Assembly: GCA_016186695.1 (NCBI GenBank)
Contig: JACPLC010000001.1
Span: 32,284-96,283 of the forward strand
Source of the DNA: Candidatus Kaiserbacteria bacterium
Lineage (GTDB): Bacteria; Patescibacteriota; Minisyncoccia; Phycocordibacterales; UBA2100
Length of the DNA stretch: 64,000 nucleotides
Direction of reading: 5' to 3'
Position numbers and translations under genes: made by a program. The first letter of the stretch is position 1, and every line of letters begins with the position of its first letter. Below the pieces are notes generated by a model that saw nothing but the letters and a program-made list of their open reading frames with translations, did no database searches and was not told the origin of the DNA. This document shows positions 18,503-29,275 of this stretch, piece by piece.

Positions 18503-21500
18503 ATGAAAAATAACACGTTCTTCCTGAAGAAGATTGAGATCATCGCCGTCACTGTCGCATTTATTGTCACGGTTTCTCCCTCATCCGCGTCTGCCGACAC
18601 GATAGCCGAACTGCAGGCGCAGATACAGGCACTCCTTGCGCAGGTCGTGGCACTGCAGGCGCAGCTCGGTACACAGACGACATCTAACTCCGGAACCAAC
18701 TCCTCCATCGCCGCTCCGTCAGCGGCGTGTATCGTCCTCACGAACAATTTGTATGTCGACATCGATGATTCGGAATCTGATGGCGAAGTAAGCCAGCTCC
18801 AGACGTTTCTTGCGCAGGATTTCTCTGTCTATCCGGAAGCCCGTGTCACCGGCTACTTTGGTCCGGCGACCGAGCGGGCGGTAAAACGGTGGCAAACAGG
18901 GAACGGCGTCGTGTCGAGAGGCACGCCCGACACCACAGGCTACGGCGCTGTGGGACCCAAGACGCGCGCCGCCCTCGCGCGCGGCTGCGGTGTGGCAATA
19001 CGGTCGCAGATTATTCCGGAGAGCAATGTAAAACCTGTCGTGATTCCCGAGACGGTAGTTTTTGTACCTCCACAACCGTCGACGGCGCCGAATCTTTCGG
19101 TCTCGAGTGTATATGCCGGCACAGTAAATGTGAATTACGCGAACCTCCCCGTGAATTCCCAGCTAGTGTTTGTGAACGCAACAACGAACGAACGCTTTGG
19201 TCCGCAAAGCACGATGGTAAGCGGAGGCGGCAGCGGCTCTGTCTCGATAAGCGAACATCCCGACATGGCGCAGACGCTCTACTTCCTCCGCGCGCAGAAC
19301 TATTCAACCGGCGCAGTCATTGCAGAAAGTTCCGCATTTTTGCTCGGAAGCAAGCAGACGGGCGTCGTGGCATGTTCGCTCACTGCCGACAAAGCGTCAT
19401 ACAAATTCGGAGAGACGATTACATTCTCGTGGAAGAGCCAAAACGCAACGCGGGCTGAATGGATAGACGATACCGACAAAGACAACATCCCGCTGCCGAT
19501 AGGCATACCTGGATTGAGTGGCTCGACAATTGTCTCTGCAAATGTGCTCGGTAATCCCTACCTCGTGCTCCGCGTCTACGGCCCAAGCGGTACCGCGACC
19601 TGCACAAAATCCGTCCCGGTGAACGAGAACGCTTCGCAGATCCCGCTGACTCGAAAATTTTCCGCTTCACCTGTGTCTGGCTCTGCACCGCTCGCCGTGA
19701 CATTCAGCATCCAAAATGCGGAAGGTAGCTTCGTCGATTTTGGTGACGGTTCGGCACCAATGTTGTGCACCGACAAAGGCGGCGATTCGTGTTCATCAAC
19801 GGGGGTTCCACACACATATACTTCATCTGGAACGCGCACCGCCCAGTTGAAGCAGTCAGCATATCGATGCTACGACACGCTGGAGCTACGGGGTTGCCGC
19901 TACGAGTACGACCCAGCAGGTGCCACCATTGGTACTGCGACAATTATAGTTAGTGGTCAGAGCACAAACACAATCACAGTTACTGCGCCCAACGGCGGCG
20001 AGCAGTGGGAGATCGGAACTCTCAACACCGTGACGTGGACGCCGTACCAGTACAATCCGGACGTCAATCCGTCGAAAGATGTAACAGCCTACCTTGAAAG
20101 AAAATGTGTAACTAGCGATACAGATATTCAATGCGAAAAAGATGGTTACAAGACTCTCGGTAGAGTGGAAGAATCCGGCAAAGCATCAATACATTGGACC
20201 ACGGGCCAATTGACCGCAGCCACGCAAAGCAACTTATATGCCGCGCCGGGGAGTGACTATTATATTCGCGTCGTGAATAATGTAACCGGCTCTTGGGATA
20301 GAAGCGATGCGCCGTTCACGCTTCTTCCGAGACCGATAACGCTGCTAGTAAACGGCTCTGATAAATATGTTGCGATTAACGATGTCGCCCAACCCATCAC
20401 CATCTCATGGACGACAAGTTACAATCTATACAACTGCCAGCTGACTGGTATCAACGAAGTCAGCTTTTCCACGATCCAGCCGAGTACCGGATCTGTCACG
20501 GGACACATTACGTATCAGAACGTATCGGGGGGAATTTCCTACGGTGTCGTATTGCAGTGTGTCAGGAACGTAAACGGCGTACCGACGCAGGTCAGCGCGA
20601 ATGCTCCGTTCTACGTGAATTACATTCCTTCGCCCGCATCACTTCAGATCACGAGCCCCAACGGCGGCGAACAACAGAATCCTCAAAATTCACTGAACAC
20701 TACATTCAAGCACAGCGGAATAAAATCGTATTCCATCGCGCTCTATAGAAATGACCAATGGTATGCATGGATCGCGAAGGATCAACCCATAATGGATTCT
20801 TACGATATACTCGCGTTTTTTACTCCAGCCGATCTATTCGCGGGTCTCGGTACTGGCGACAACGCCGGCGCCATCTTTAAGATCTACATCACCGGACAAA
20901 AATCCGATGGCACGGGCTACGTAGACGACAAGTCGGACGCACCGTTCAGCTTTGTCAGTCCTGTTCCTACGGGTTCGTATCTCGCGTACATGAACGGCTA
21001 TCTCAAAGCCACGTCCGAAAACATTACCAAAGCTGACGCGCTCGCGAACTGTAAGCTGAACGCTGCGAACAATCCCGGGTGGCTTCACCACTGCAGATGG
21101 AACAACGAAATTATCTATTCAGATACGCAGGTCACTCTTCAGTATCCGAACGGCGGTCAGTCTTTTATTGCGGGCTCAGGTAATAGTGTAACCGTAACGT
21201 GGAACGCAATCGGCGTCCCGGGAGGAAGTACCATCTGTACACTGTTCATGCCTGAAGGGTGGGACGGAGGTGGGTTTGCGTTTCCTGGAAGCAGTTCATG
21301 CTCGAACGCAACGAGCGGAGCGGGAGCGCATACGGGAACACTTATACGAAACAGCGGCTACGACTTGGCGCCTGGCACGTATCGCGCTGTCGTGAGGATA
21401 ATCGGTCCCTCAGATGGCGGGAAAGACGGTCAGATTCTCGCGAAAGATGAGAGTGATTCGACGTTTACTCTCACCGGTTCCAGTGCAAGCGCCTCCGTAA

Positions 21501-21580
21501 ACAGCAGCAACCTCGCCAACGTGCTCACGGCGATGGAATCAATCTTGCGGTCGATTATCAGTAAATTAAGCTCGCCATGA
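18503..21580 (+). CDS. large secreted surface protein: peptidoglycan-binding domain, PKD and Ig-like (PNGGE) repeats
   Basis: Signal peptide, IAELQAQIQALL coiled coil, VSQLQTFLA...TGYFGPATERAVKRWQ...VGPKTRAAL, three PNGG(E/Q) repeats. Confidence 0.88.
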   Translation: MKNNTFFLKKIEIIAVTVAFIVTVSPSSASADTIAELQAQIQALLAQVVALQAQLGTQTTSNSGTNSSIAAPSAACIVLTNNLYVDIDDSESDGEVSQLQTFLAQDFSVYPEARVTGYFGPATERAVKRWQTGNGVVSRGTPDTTGYGAVGPKTRAALARGCGVAIRSQIIPESNVKPVVIPETVVFVPPQPSTAPNLSVSSVYAGTVNVNYANLPVNSQLVFVNATTNERFGPQSTMVSGGGSGSVSISEHPDMAQTLYFLRAQNYSTGAVIAESSAFLLGSKQTGVVACSLTADKASYKFGETITFSWKSQNATRAEWIDDTDKDNIPLPIGIPGLSGSTIVSANVLGNPYLVLRVYGPSGTATCTKSVPVNENASQIPLTRKFSASPVSGSAPLAVTFSIQNAEGSFVDFGDGSAPMLCTDKGGDSCSSTGVPHTYTSSGTRTAQLKQSAYRCYDTLELRGCRYEYDPAGATIGTATIIVSGQSTNTITVTAPNGGEQWEIGTLNTVTWTPYQYNPDVNPSKDVTAYLERKCVTSDTDIQCEKDGYKTLGRVEESGKASIHWTTGQLTAATQSNLYAAPGSDYYIRVVNNVTGSWDRSDAPFTLLPRPITLLVNGSDKYVAINDVAQPITISWTTSYNLYNCQLTGINEVSFSTIQPSTGSVTGHITYQNVSGGISYGVVLQCVRNVNGVPTQVSANAPFYVNYIPSPASLQITSPNGGEQQNPQNSLNTTFKHSGIKSYSIALYRNDQWYAWIAKDQPIMDSYDILAFFTPADLFAGLGTGDNAGAIFKIYITGQKSDGTGYVDDKSDAPFSFVSPVPTGSYLAYMNGYLKATSENITKADALANCKLNAANNPGWLHHCRWNNEIIYSDTQVTLQYPNGGQSFIAGSGNSVTVTWNAIGVPGGSTICTLFMPEGWDGGGFAFPGSSSCSNATSGAGAHTGTLIRNSGYDLAPGTYRAVVRIIGPSDGGKDGQILAKDESDSTFTLTGSSASASVNSSNLANVLTAMESILRSIISKLSSP

Positions 21581-21759
21581 GTTTCACTCACGACGAGTAC
21601 GTGCTCGCGATTCTCGGGCTAAGCATGAGTTTCAGCGCAGCACAGTACTTGGAAGCAATACTCGGCCTTGAGGCCGAGTTTGCTTTTGAGGATGCTTTTC
21701 CACACGCGACGCCTCTTCAGGGGCGTCCGTGTGACATCATAAGAAGACGACTATGCTGA
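21577..21759 (+). CDS. 60-aa hypothetical protein with an internal 16-aa tandem repeat
   Basis: ATGA overlap with the upstream stop; MSFTHDEYVLAILGLS / MSFSAAQYLEAILGLE. Confidence 0.45.
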   Translation: MSFTHDEYVLAILGLSMSFSAAQYLEAILGLEAEFAFEDAFPHATPLQGRPCDIIRRRLC

Positions 21760-24700
21760 AAAAAGTTTTCTATGGAAGCTTCGGGGCGTTCGCGCTCGTG
21801 CCGCTCTTTGCATTTGCGCAGACGTCGCTCGATCTACAGGCCGAAATTCAGGCGCTCCTCCAGCAGGTGCAATTACTCCAAGGAGAACTGCAGAATGCAG
21901 TTACCCCGACTCAAGCGCCGGCTCCGGCTTCGACAGGCTCACCGCAGGCCGCGCCAACTCCCATGTCTTCCGCTTCCGCAGGATGCGTAGTGATTTCTCG
22001 GACGCTCTCTCTCGGCGCGCAGGGAAAGGACGTGACCGCGCTCCAGAAGTACCTTGCGAGCGATCCATCTATATATCCGGAAAGAAGTGTTACGGGCTAT
22101 TTCGGCGCGCTCACGGAGCGTGCGGTGAAGCGCTTCCAGGTGCAGTACAGCATTGTCTCTTCCGGCTCGCCGCAGACGAGCGGCTATGGTGCCGTCGGGC
22201 CGCGCACCCGCGCGCTTATCATGGAGAAAAGCTGCGGCGGGATACCGGAGCTTGAGAGCGGCGGCACGGTGCCGCGATGCGCCATCAATGCGAGCCGGAA
22301 GACAATTCTCGCGGGTGAGCCGGTCACTGTCTCGTGGAACAGCACGAACGCCTCCTCCGCAGTCGACAACACTTCGGCGCAGCGCGTCGAGCTGAAAGGC
22401 TCTACCGTGTTCTATCCCAAAGTCGATTCCACGTTTACCTACTCCTTCTTCGGCTACACGGTAAGTCTGCCCGCAGTGTGCAGTGTGCGCGTTACCGTCG
22501 CCACTTCCGAAAGCTCACCCGCTCCAAATCCACCACCGACACCAGGTTCATCGGTATCAAGCGGCGACAATTTTACCGCGACACCCTCCTCCGGAGCGGC
22601 GCCGCTCTACGTGCAATTTATTTTCAAACCGAAGGCCGGCGTGGCCTGCACTTCCCGCCAGCTTTCTATCGAGTATGGTGACGGCGAAAGCGTCATGCTC
22701 GAGCCGACACTTTGCGCAACAGCCGGCATGCGCTCCGTCTACCACCTCTACAAAAAGACGGGCGCCTTTACTGCACGCGTCTACGACAACGGCTCCTGCG
22801 TCGGGAACACACGCTGTGCTACGAGTGCGGAAGTTGCGAAGACACTCATTGCTGTTTCCGGACTCTCGGCCTGCACCTCGGGAGATGTCACCATTCCGCA
22901 TGGCGCCTCGAGAGACTTTTACAGTGCCCCCTCAGCGCTCATCGATGAGACGTGCGCGTCGCGCCGGCTCTCGCGACTTTGTCTGGACGGCGTGCTTTCC
23001 GGAGATGCGAGCTACTCGTATGCAACGTGCGCCGCGGCGGGAACGTTATCGTGCACGCTCGACGGTGTGACGGTCGCAAACGGAGGCGCGCGCACCTTTT
23101 ACTCACAAAGCTCGGTTACTTCGGGGACCTGTGCGGCTGTTTCGCAAAGCCGCGTTTGCACGAGCGGCACACTCTCCGGAAGCGCCACGTACAGCAAAGC
23201 GAACTGCACGATTGCCGCGCCCGTCTGCACGCTCGACAAGATCGAGCTTTCCAACGGTTCTTCAACCACCTTTTACTTTGCGCAATATGTCCCGACCGGC
23301 GAGCTGTGTTCTTCATACGCGCAAACGCGCAGCTGCACAAGCGGCGTCTTGAGCGGATCGTCTGCGTATCAATACTCGACATGCGCACCTGTATCGGCTG
23401 GCTACTGCGCGCTCGACAACACATCGCTCGCAAACGGTTTCGGCACGACCTTCTACAAGTACCGGACGGCGCCCGCAGGAGAGCTGTGCGATTCGCACAA
23501 GATCACGCGTACCTGCACGAACGGCACGCTCTCCGGTGACAGCGCGTACCTCTACGCTTCGTGTGCGAACCAGACGACCTGCACGCTCGACGGGCTCACG
23601 CTCGGGCACAGTAGTTCAAGCGTTTTCTACAAAGAGCGCACTGTCCCCTTCGGTTCGACCTGTACGTCCGCCTCGCTCTCGCGCACGTGCACGAACGGCA
23701 AGCTTTCGGGCGACGATGCATACCAATACGGGAGCTGCAGCGTGAGCGCACCTGTCGCATCGCTGCGGAAGAATCTTGCGAATGCGTTTCTCGCCTCTGC
23801 CCAAACGGCCTCCGAAATTCAGGCGCGGATACAAGCGCTTCTCAAGGAACTCGCCACCCTGCAAGCCCAACTCCTATCGACTCCGGCTTCAGACGCAGGC
23901 TCGACCCAGCAATCTATAGGCCCGACGTTTCGCATAGGGGCCGCGTGTCCGGTAATTTCCCGCGATCTGCGCCTTGGCATGCGGGGCGAGGACGTCGTGG
24001 CGCTCCAGAGATTTCTTATCGCACAAGGGCTCCTCAGCGCGGAGAATGCGACCGGCTACTATGGCGCTCTCACGCTGCGAGCGGTACAGGCACTGCAATC
24101 GGGACTCGGGGTCGTTTCTTCGGGTTCCGACACTTCGACAGGCTGGGGAGTTTTGGGACCAAAGACGCGCGCGGCGCTCACGCGCGGCTGCGCACTCATG
24201 AAAACACAATTTAATACTTCTCCAACGCCGGCCGCTACGCCACCGCAAGCTACTCCGTTACCAGTAACCTCATCGACGGTCCAGAAAAGTGCTTCCCCCG
24301 CGCCGCCGCCTCCACCGCCGAGCGTCGTATCTCCGAGCGTGGCAGAAACTTCTGCGGTCACGAGCACGACCGCTCCCGCGCCCTCGATAACTCTCTCGTC
24401 TCCGAGCGCGGGAACCGCATTCGTCATCGGCGATGCGATCCCTGTCTCATGGAAAATAGTCGGCATTCCGAGTGGCGCTGCCCTCTATCTCCAGCTCATC
24501 AACAGCTCGAACGGAAACATCGTGCGGTCGCAAAAGGCCGGCGGCAGTTCCGCTTCTTTCAGCACGAGCGGTGCCTGCAATGGAAATTTCTCCGATGCGC
24601 CCGACGCCGACTGCGCCGGATTGCGCAGCATGGTTGCAAAGAACCTTATCTTTCACTTTATACAGGCGGTCATCTACACCCCCGCGAATGGATGTCTTGG

Positions 24701-25109
24701 TGTCTGCGCGCCGGGCACACCCTCCGCAACCACACTCCTCACCGTAAAAAGCGAGGTGTTCACGCTGAAGGCGGCGACATTTGCCGCCTCACCGACTTCG
24801 GGCTCCGCGGATCTTGAGGTCACCTTTAGCGGCAACGTTCCCGCCGGCTATTCCGGCGGCGCGGAAATAGACTTTGGGGACGCTAGCGACAATGGGTCGG
24901 TGTGTAAACCCGGCTTTGCATGCACGTATCAGGTTAAACATACGTATACTTCTTCCGGCACCTACAGTGCGAAACTGAAGGGGGTGGGCGAGGCGGGCTT
25001 CTCGGAGCTTGGCGAGCAGAAGATAACGGTCGCAAGCCCGTCTTCCGCCAGTCCATGTGTTCCGGGAAGAGACAACGCTGCAGGAGGGCAGGTCGGGTCT
25101 TCGTGCTAA
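21753..25109 (+). CDS. large secreted surface protein: two peptidoglycan-binding domains, PKD domains, five Cys-rich repeats
   Basis: Two G(K/E)DVxALQxxL...TGY(F/Y)GALTxRAV...GP(R/K)TRA modules; about 60-aa CTLDG...FY...RxCxxGxLSG...Y..C repeats. Confidence 0.88.
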   Translation: MLKKVFYGSFGAFALVPLFAFAQTSLDLQAEIQALLQQVQLLQGELQNAVTPTQAPAPASTGSPQAAPTPMSSASAGCVVISRTLSLGAQGKDVTALQKYLASDPSIYPERSVTGYFGALTERAVKRFQVQYSIVSSGSPQTSGYGAVGPRTRALIMEKSCGGIPELESGGTVPRCAINASRKTILAGEPVTVSWNSTNASSAVDNTSAQRVELKGSTVFYPKVDSTFTYSFFGYTVSLPAVCSVRVTVATSESSPAPNPPPTPGSSVSSGDNFTATPSSGAAPLYVQFIFKPKAGVACTSRQLSIEYGDGESVMLEPTLCATAGMRSVYHLYKKTGAFTARVYDNGSCVGNTRCATSAEVAKTLIAVSGLSACTSGDVTIPHGASRDFYSAPSALIDETCASRRLSRLCLDGVLSGDASYSYATCAAAGTLSCTLDGVTVANGGARTFYSQSSVTSGTCAAVSQSRVCTSGTLSGSATYSKANCTIAAPVCTLDKIELSNGSSTTFYFAQYVPTGELCSSYAQTRSCTSGVLSGSSAYQYSTCAPVSAGYCALDNTSLANGFGTTFYKYRTAPAGELCDSHKITRTCTNGTLSGDSAYLYASCANQTTCTLDGLTLGHSSSSVFYKERTVPFGSTCTSASLSRTCTNGKLSGDDAYQYGSCSVSAPVASLRKNLANAFLASAQTASEIQARIQALLKELATLQAQLLSTPASDAGSTQQSIGPTFRIGAACPVISRDLRLGMRGEDVVALQRFLIAQGLLSAENATGYYGALTLRAVQALQSGLGVVSSGSDTSTGWGVLGPKTRAALTRGCALMKTQFNTSPTPAATPPQATPLPVTSSTVQKSASPAPPPPPPSVVSPSVAETSAVTSTTAPAPSITLSSPSAGTAFVIGDAIPVSWKIVGIPSGAALYLQLINSSNGNIVRSQKAGGSSASFSTSGACNGNFSDAPDADCAGLRSMVAKNLIFHFIQAVIYTPANGCLGVCAPGTPSATTLLTVKSEVFTLKAATFAASPTSGSADLEVTFSGNVPAGYSGGAEIDFGDASDNGSVCKPGFACTYQVKHTYTSSGTYSAKLKGVGEAGFSELGEQKITVASPSSASPCVPGRDNAAGGQVGSSC

Positions 25110-25119
25110 GGCGGAAGAC

Positions 25120-25149
25120 TTGACGGATTACGGCCATTTTTGCTAGTAT
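25120..25149 (+). promoter_or_regulatory. putative sigma70 promoter for tuf
   Basis: TTGACG-18 nt-TAGTAT with extended -10 TG. Confidence 0.55.
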
Positions 25150-25242
25150 GCGCGGACGCTAGAGAGGCGGTATTTTTTTGTCCATATGGGCAGCCTCACA
25201 TCTTTGCGTTGGCATTAAAAATTAGTAGTCATTAATGATTGT

Positions 25243-26442
<1,200 letters not shown>

Positions 26443-26468
26443 CCGCAAACAAAAGCGTTTGCAAAGAG

Positions 26469-26495
26469 AACGCCGACCCGTCGGGTCGGCGTTTT
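26469..26495 (+). terminator. intrinsic terminator after tuf
   Basis: AACGCCGACCC-GTC-GGGTCGGCGTTTT. Confidence 0.75.
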
Positions 26496-26520
26496 CGCGT
26501 CGCGTCTTGTCGGTGTCACC

Positions 26521-26817
26521 TCAGCTCCGCGCAGACCTTGGGGGTTCTGTCGCAGCAAAGTGCGCCAGCCAGCCGACGAATAGAAACACAATGGCGACGG
26601 TGATGTACAGCGGTGTTCCGTCGACCGTGGGCGGATGCCGGAAGCATGCGATCAGTAGCAGGATCAGGATGCCCCAGGTGACAGGTGTCAGTGTGAGGAG
26701 CGTCTTCTGTTTATGGCCGAGAATTCGGTCCGTCCACGCCATGTAGGTGTAATACGGAAGGCCGAAGATGGACTTCAACAGGTAGATCAGCAAATTCCTG
26801 AACATGGGCATCTCCAT
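26521..26817 (-). CDS. small hypothetical membrane protein
   Basis: Two TM segments. Confidence 0.55.
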   Translation of the reverse strand: MEMPMFRNLLIYLLKSIFGLPYYTYMAWTDRILGHKQKTLLTLTPVTWGILILLLIACFRHPPTVDGTPLYITVAIVFLFVGWLAHFAATEPPRSARS

Positions 26818-26975
26818 CTGCCCCGAGAGACCTAAGAGAGCAGGGGCTTTGAGCAATGTAACAGAATCCCAGCGCGCTGTCGTTTCGAATAACGATAACC
26901 AAAATCGTCGCTGCGCCCTTCGTAGCCTGTAAGGCGAAGTAGGGCTTAACGTCTCAATAGCATAGGGAAACCAGC

Positions 26976-27012
26976 AGAAAACCCCGGCTCGATGCGCCGG
27001 GGTTTTCTTTTT
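26976..27012. terminator. GC hairpin with A/T flanks
   Basis: AGAAAACCCCGGC-TCGATGC-GCCGGGGTTTTCTTTTT. Confidence 0.6.
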
Positions 27013-27046
27013 GCTAAGAAAACTGAAAGGAGTACTATTCGGCCAC

Positions 27047-28654
27047 ATGCTTGATTCTGCATCATCTACGCAAAATTTCGCATTCCCACCTGAGCTTTGG
27101 GCATCATGGCCTGCGTGGGGGAGCGTTGCTCTGGTACTGACATGTTTAATCTTTTTTATTATTTTCCGCAGACCGATAAGTGCCGTAATAAATAGATCCG
27201 TAAAAACTAAGGTAGGACGGGACGGTATCGAAGTAGATAGTCCAGTGACTAATGAGCCGACGAAAGAGGAAGATAAAGAAGCACAAGTTCCAGAAAAAAC
27301 ATCTGAAGAAGAAAAGAAAGGGGAAATTCCCGAGGCAGCTGATGTACCAAAAACTTTAGACGATTGGCGCACCGAGATGCTCATTGCTTATATTGAGAAA
27401 GACAAGCCACGATTAGAAAAAGCGTATAAGAAGATTCTTGAATTAAATTCTGACTCTGGCTCAAAAAAAGAAGACGACATCACATATCTCAAATATTCTC
27501 ATGCATTGGGAAATACAGACGCTATAACTCAATTGAAGCAAAAGTTAGAAAATACAGATATCGCTTATGAAGTTAATGTTGCGCTAGGATTTTGTTTTTT
27601 CGTCTCGGACGATTTCGACCGCGCAAATGAGTATTATTCGAAAGCTGTGGAGCTTGCTAGGGATGAGGACGAGAAGTCCGGTTCAACGACTAATCTATCT
27701 TCATCTTTGTACGCTAATGGAGAAAAGAAGAAAGCGGTCGAGGTTTTAATTGAAGGACTTTTCTCGATTAAAGATGACAGGCCTAAAGTGAAGCTTTACG
27801 TGGAATTGGCCGAGTTGTATGAAAAACAAAAGGATTTTGAGCAGCGGGCATTTGTTTTAGATAAGGCGTTGGAACTTCAGCCAAACGATCCCGATTTATT
27901 GTTTAAAGCGGCATATGCGTATTCTCAAGGTGATTATGATGAGATGTCGCTTTTGCACTACCGGAATGCAAGCAAAATTGATCCAGAAAATGCTTCCGTC
28001 CGCAACAACCTTGGAGTGCAATACGAAAAACTCGGAATGCCAATCAAATCGACTTTGAATTATAAAGAAGCAGAATTGCTCGGCGAAAATCTGGCAAGCG
28101 CCAATCTCGCCTACCGGCTTATGGATGCTGGATTTACTACTGAAGCAGAAGAGAAGTTGAATGTCGCAAAAAACAAGGAAGAAGTACACCCCAATGTAGG
28201 TGCGGCAATCTCAGCTCTCTCAAAGAAAAAAGACCATGAGGACGACCTCGAAAAGCAACGAACAGAGAAAGCCCTCTTGTTACGAAAGTTTATCCTCGGG
28301 TTCGCCGGTTCGAAGTTTACAAAGGGGACAAATTTATCGGGTGTTTCCGGCATTTGGAAATCGAGAAACGGAATGGAGTTTCAATTTGTAGTGGAGAATA
28401 ATAAAATTTTTGCTTTCTGGAAGGAAAAAATCATAACCTATGACTCAGAATATAAATTAGAAGGACCAATATTCAATAATAGTTCGGACGTGACTATTTT
28501 TGAGAAAGAGTATAATACCGCCAAGAGTTCCTATGAGTTTGCAGAAAAAGGTACGGGTGCCCTTTTTTGCTCTGAAGACGGATTGGAAATTCGCTTACTG
28601 CGAAAAGATAAGCCTTTATACAACAGAAAAATATACATTCTGAAGAGGATCTAA
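27047..28654 (+). CDS. membrane-anchored TPR-repeat protein (AT-rich, probably acquired)
   Basis: N-terminal TM helix; TPR signatures (LDKALELQPND, ASKIDPENASVRNNLG); visibly more AT-rich than its flanks. Confidence 0.8.
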   Translation: MLDSASSTQNFAFPPELWASWPAWGSVALVLTCLIFFIIFRRPISAVINRSVKTKVGRDGIEVDSPVTNEPTKEEDKEAQVPEKTSEEEKKGEIPEAADVPKTLDDWRTEMLIAYIEKDKPRLEKAYKKILELNSDSGSKKEDDITYLKYSHALGNTDAITQLKQKLENTDIAYEVNVALGFCFFVSDDFDRANEYYSKAVELARDEDEKSGSTTNLSSSLYANGEKKKAVEVLIEGLFSIKDDRPKVKLYVELAELYEKQKDFEQRAFVLDKALELQPNDPDLLFKAAYAYSQGDYDEMSLLHYRNASKIDPENASVRNNLGVQYEKLGMPIKSTLNYKEAELLGENLASANLAYRLMDAGFTTEAEEKLNVAKNKEEVHPNVGAAISALSKKKDHEDDLEKQRTEKALLLRKFILGFAGSKFTKGTNLSGVSGIWKSRNGMEFQFVVENNKIFAFWKEKIITYDSEYKLEGPIFNNSSDVTIFEKEYNTAKSSYEFAEKGTGALFCSEDGLEIRLLRKDKPLYNRKIYILKRI

Positions 28655-28844
28655 AGCTTGTGCAAATCGTGAAAGAGGTCAGAACTTCTCTGCTCGGGGA
28701 ATTCGGCGCATTTATATTTTGCTTCTGACTATATGCTTATTCGCGCGAATTAGAATATAAGGAAGCGATAAGAATTTGCTCGGGCCTGCCTGCCGGCAGG
28801 CGGGGAATTCGGCGGGACGTATGTTTCAGTGGTAGAGTCTAGCG

Positions 28845-29189
28845 ATGACTACTATTTCTTGGGAAGATTTTGAGAAGGTGAATATTCGCGTAGGGAAAAT
28901 AATTGAGGTTTCTGATTTTCCCGAGGCGCGTAAGCCTGCGTATAAACTGAAAATCGACTTTGGTTCAGAGATTGGAACCAAACAATCCAGCGTGCAAGCT
29001 GTCGGCGCGCATACGAAAGAAGAATTGTTGAACTCTCTCGTTTGCTGCGTCGTTAATTTCCCGTCAAAGAACATTGGCCCTTTTACATCCGAAGTACTCA
29101 CGCTTGGATTCAAGAACAACGTCGGAGAAGGCTGGGTCCTTATCGAACCAAAAGCAGATTCCGTCGATCTCGGCAGCAAACTCGCCTAG
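28845..29189 (+). CDS. csaA: tRNA-binding/export chaperone CsaA (Trbp111 family)
   Basis: ISWEDFEKVNIRVGKI, ARKPAYKLKIDFG, VVNFPSKNIGPFTSEVLTLG. Confidence 0.9.
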   Translation: MTTISWEDFEKVNIRVGKIIEVSDFPEARKPAYKLKIDFGSEIGTKQSSVQAVGAHTKEELLNSLVCCVVNFPSKNIGPFTSEVLTLGFKNNVGEGWVLIEPKADSVDLGSKLA

Positions 29190-29191
29190 AG

Positions 29192-29223
29192 ATATTCTCA
29201 TATTCTTAAGAATATGAGAATAT
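29192..29223. repeat. perfect 32-bp palindrome
   Basis: ATATTCTCATATTCTTAAGAATATGAGAATAT is its own reverse complement. Confidence 0.9.
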
Positions 29224-29275
29224 TCTGATCAATTTTTGCTTGGGGAATTCGGCCCGATGTAAAGCGCCCCGGCCG

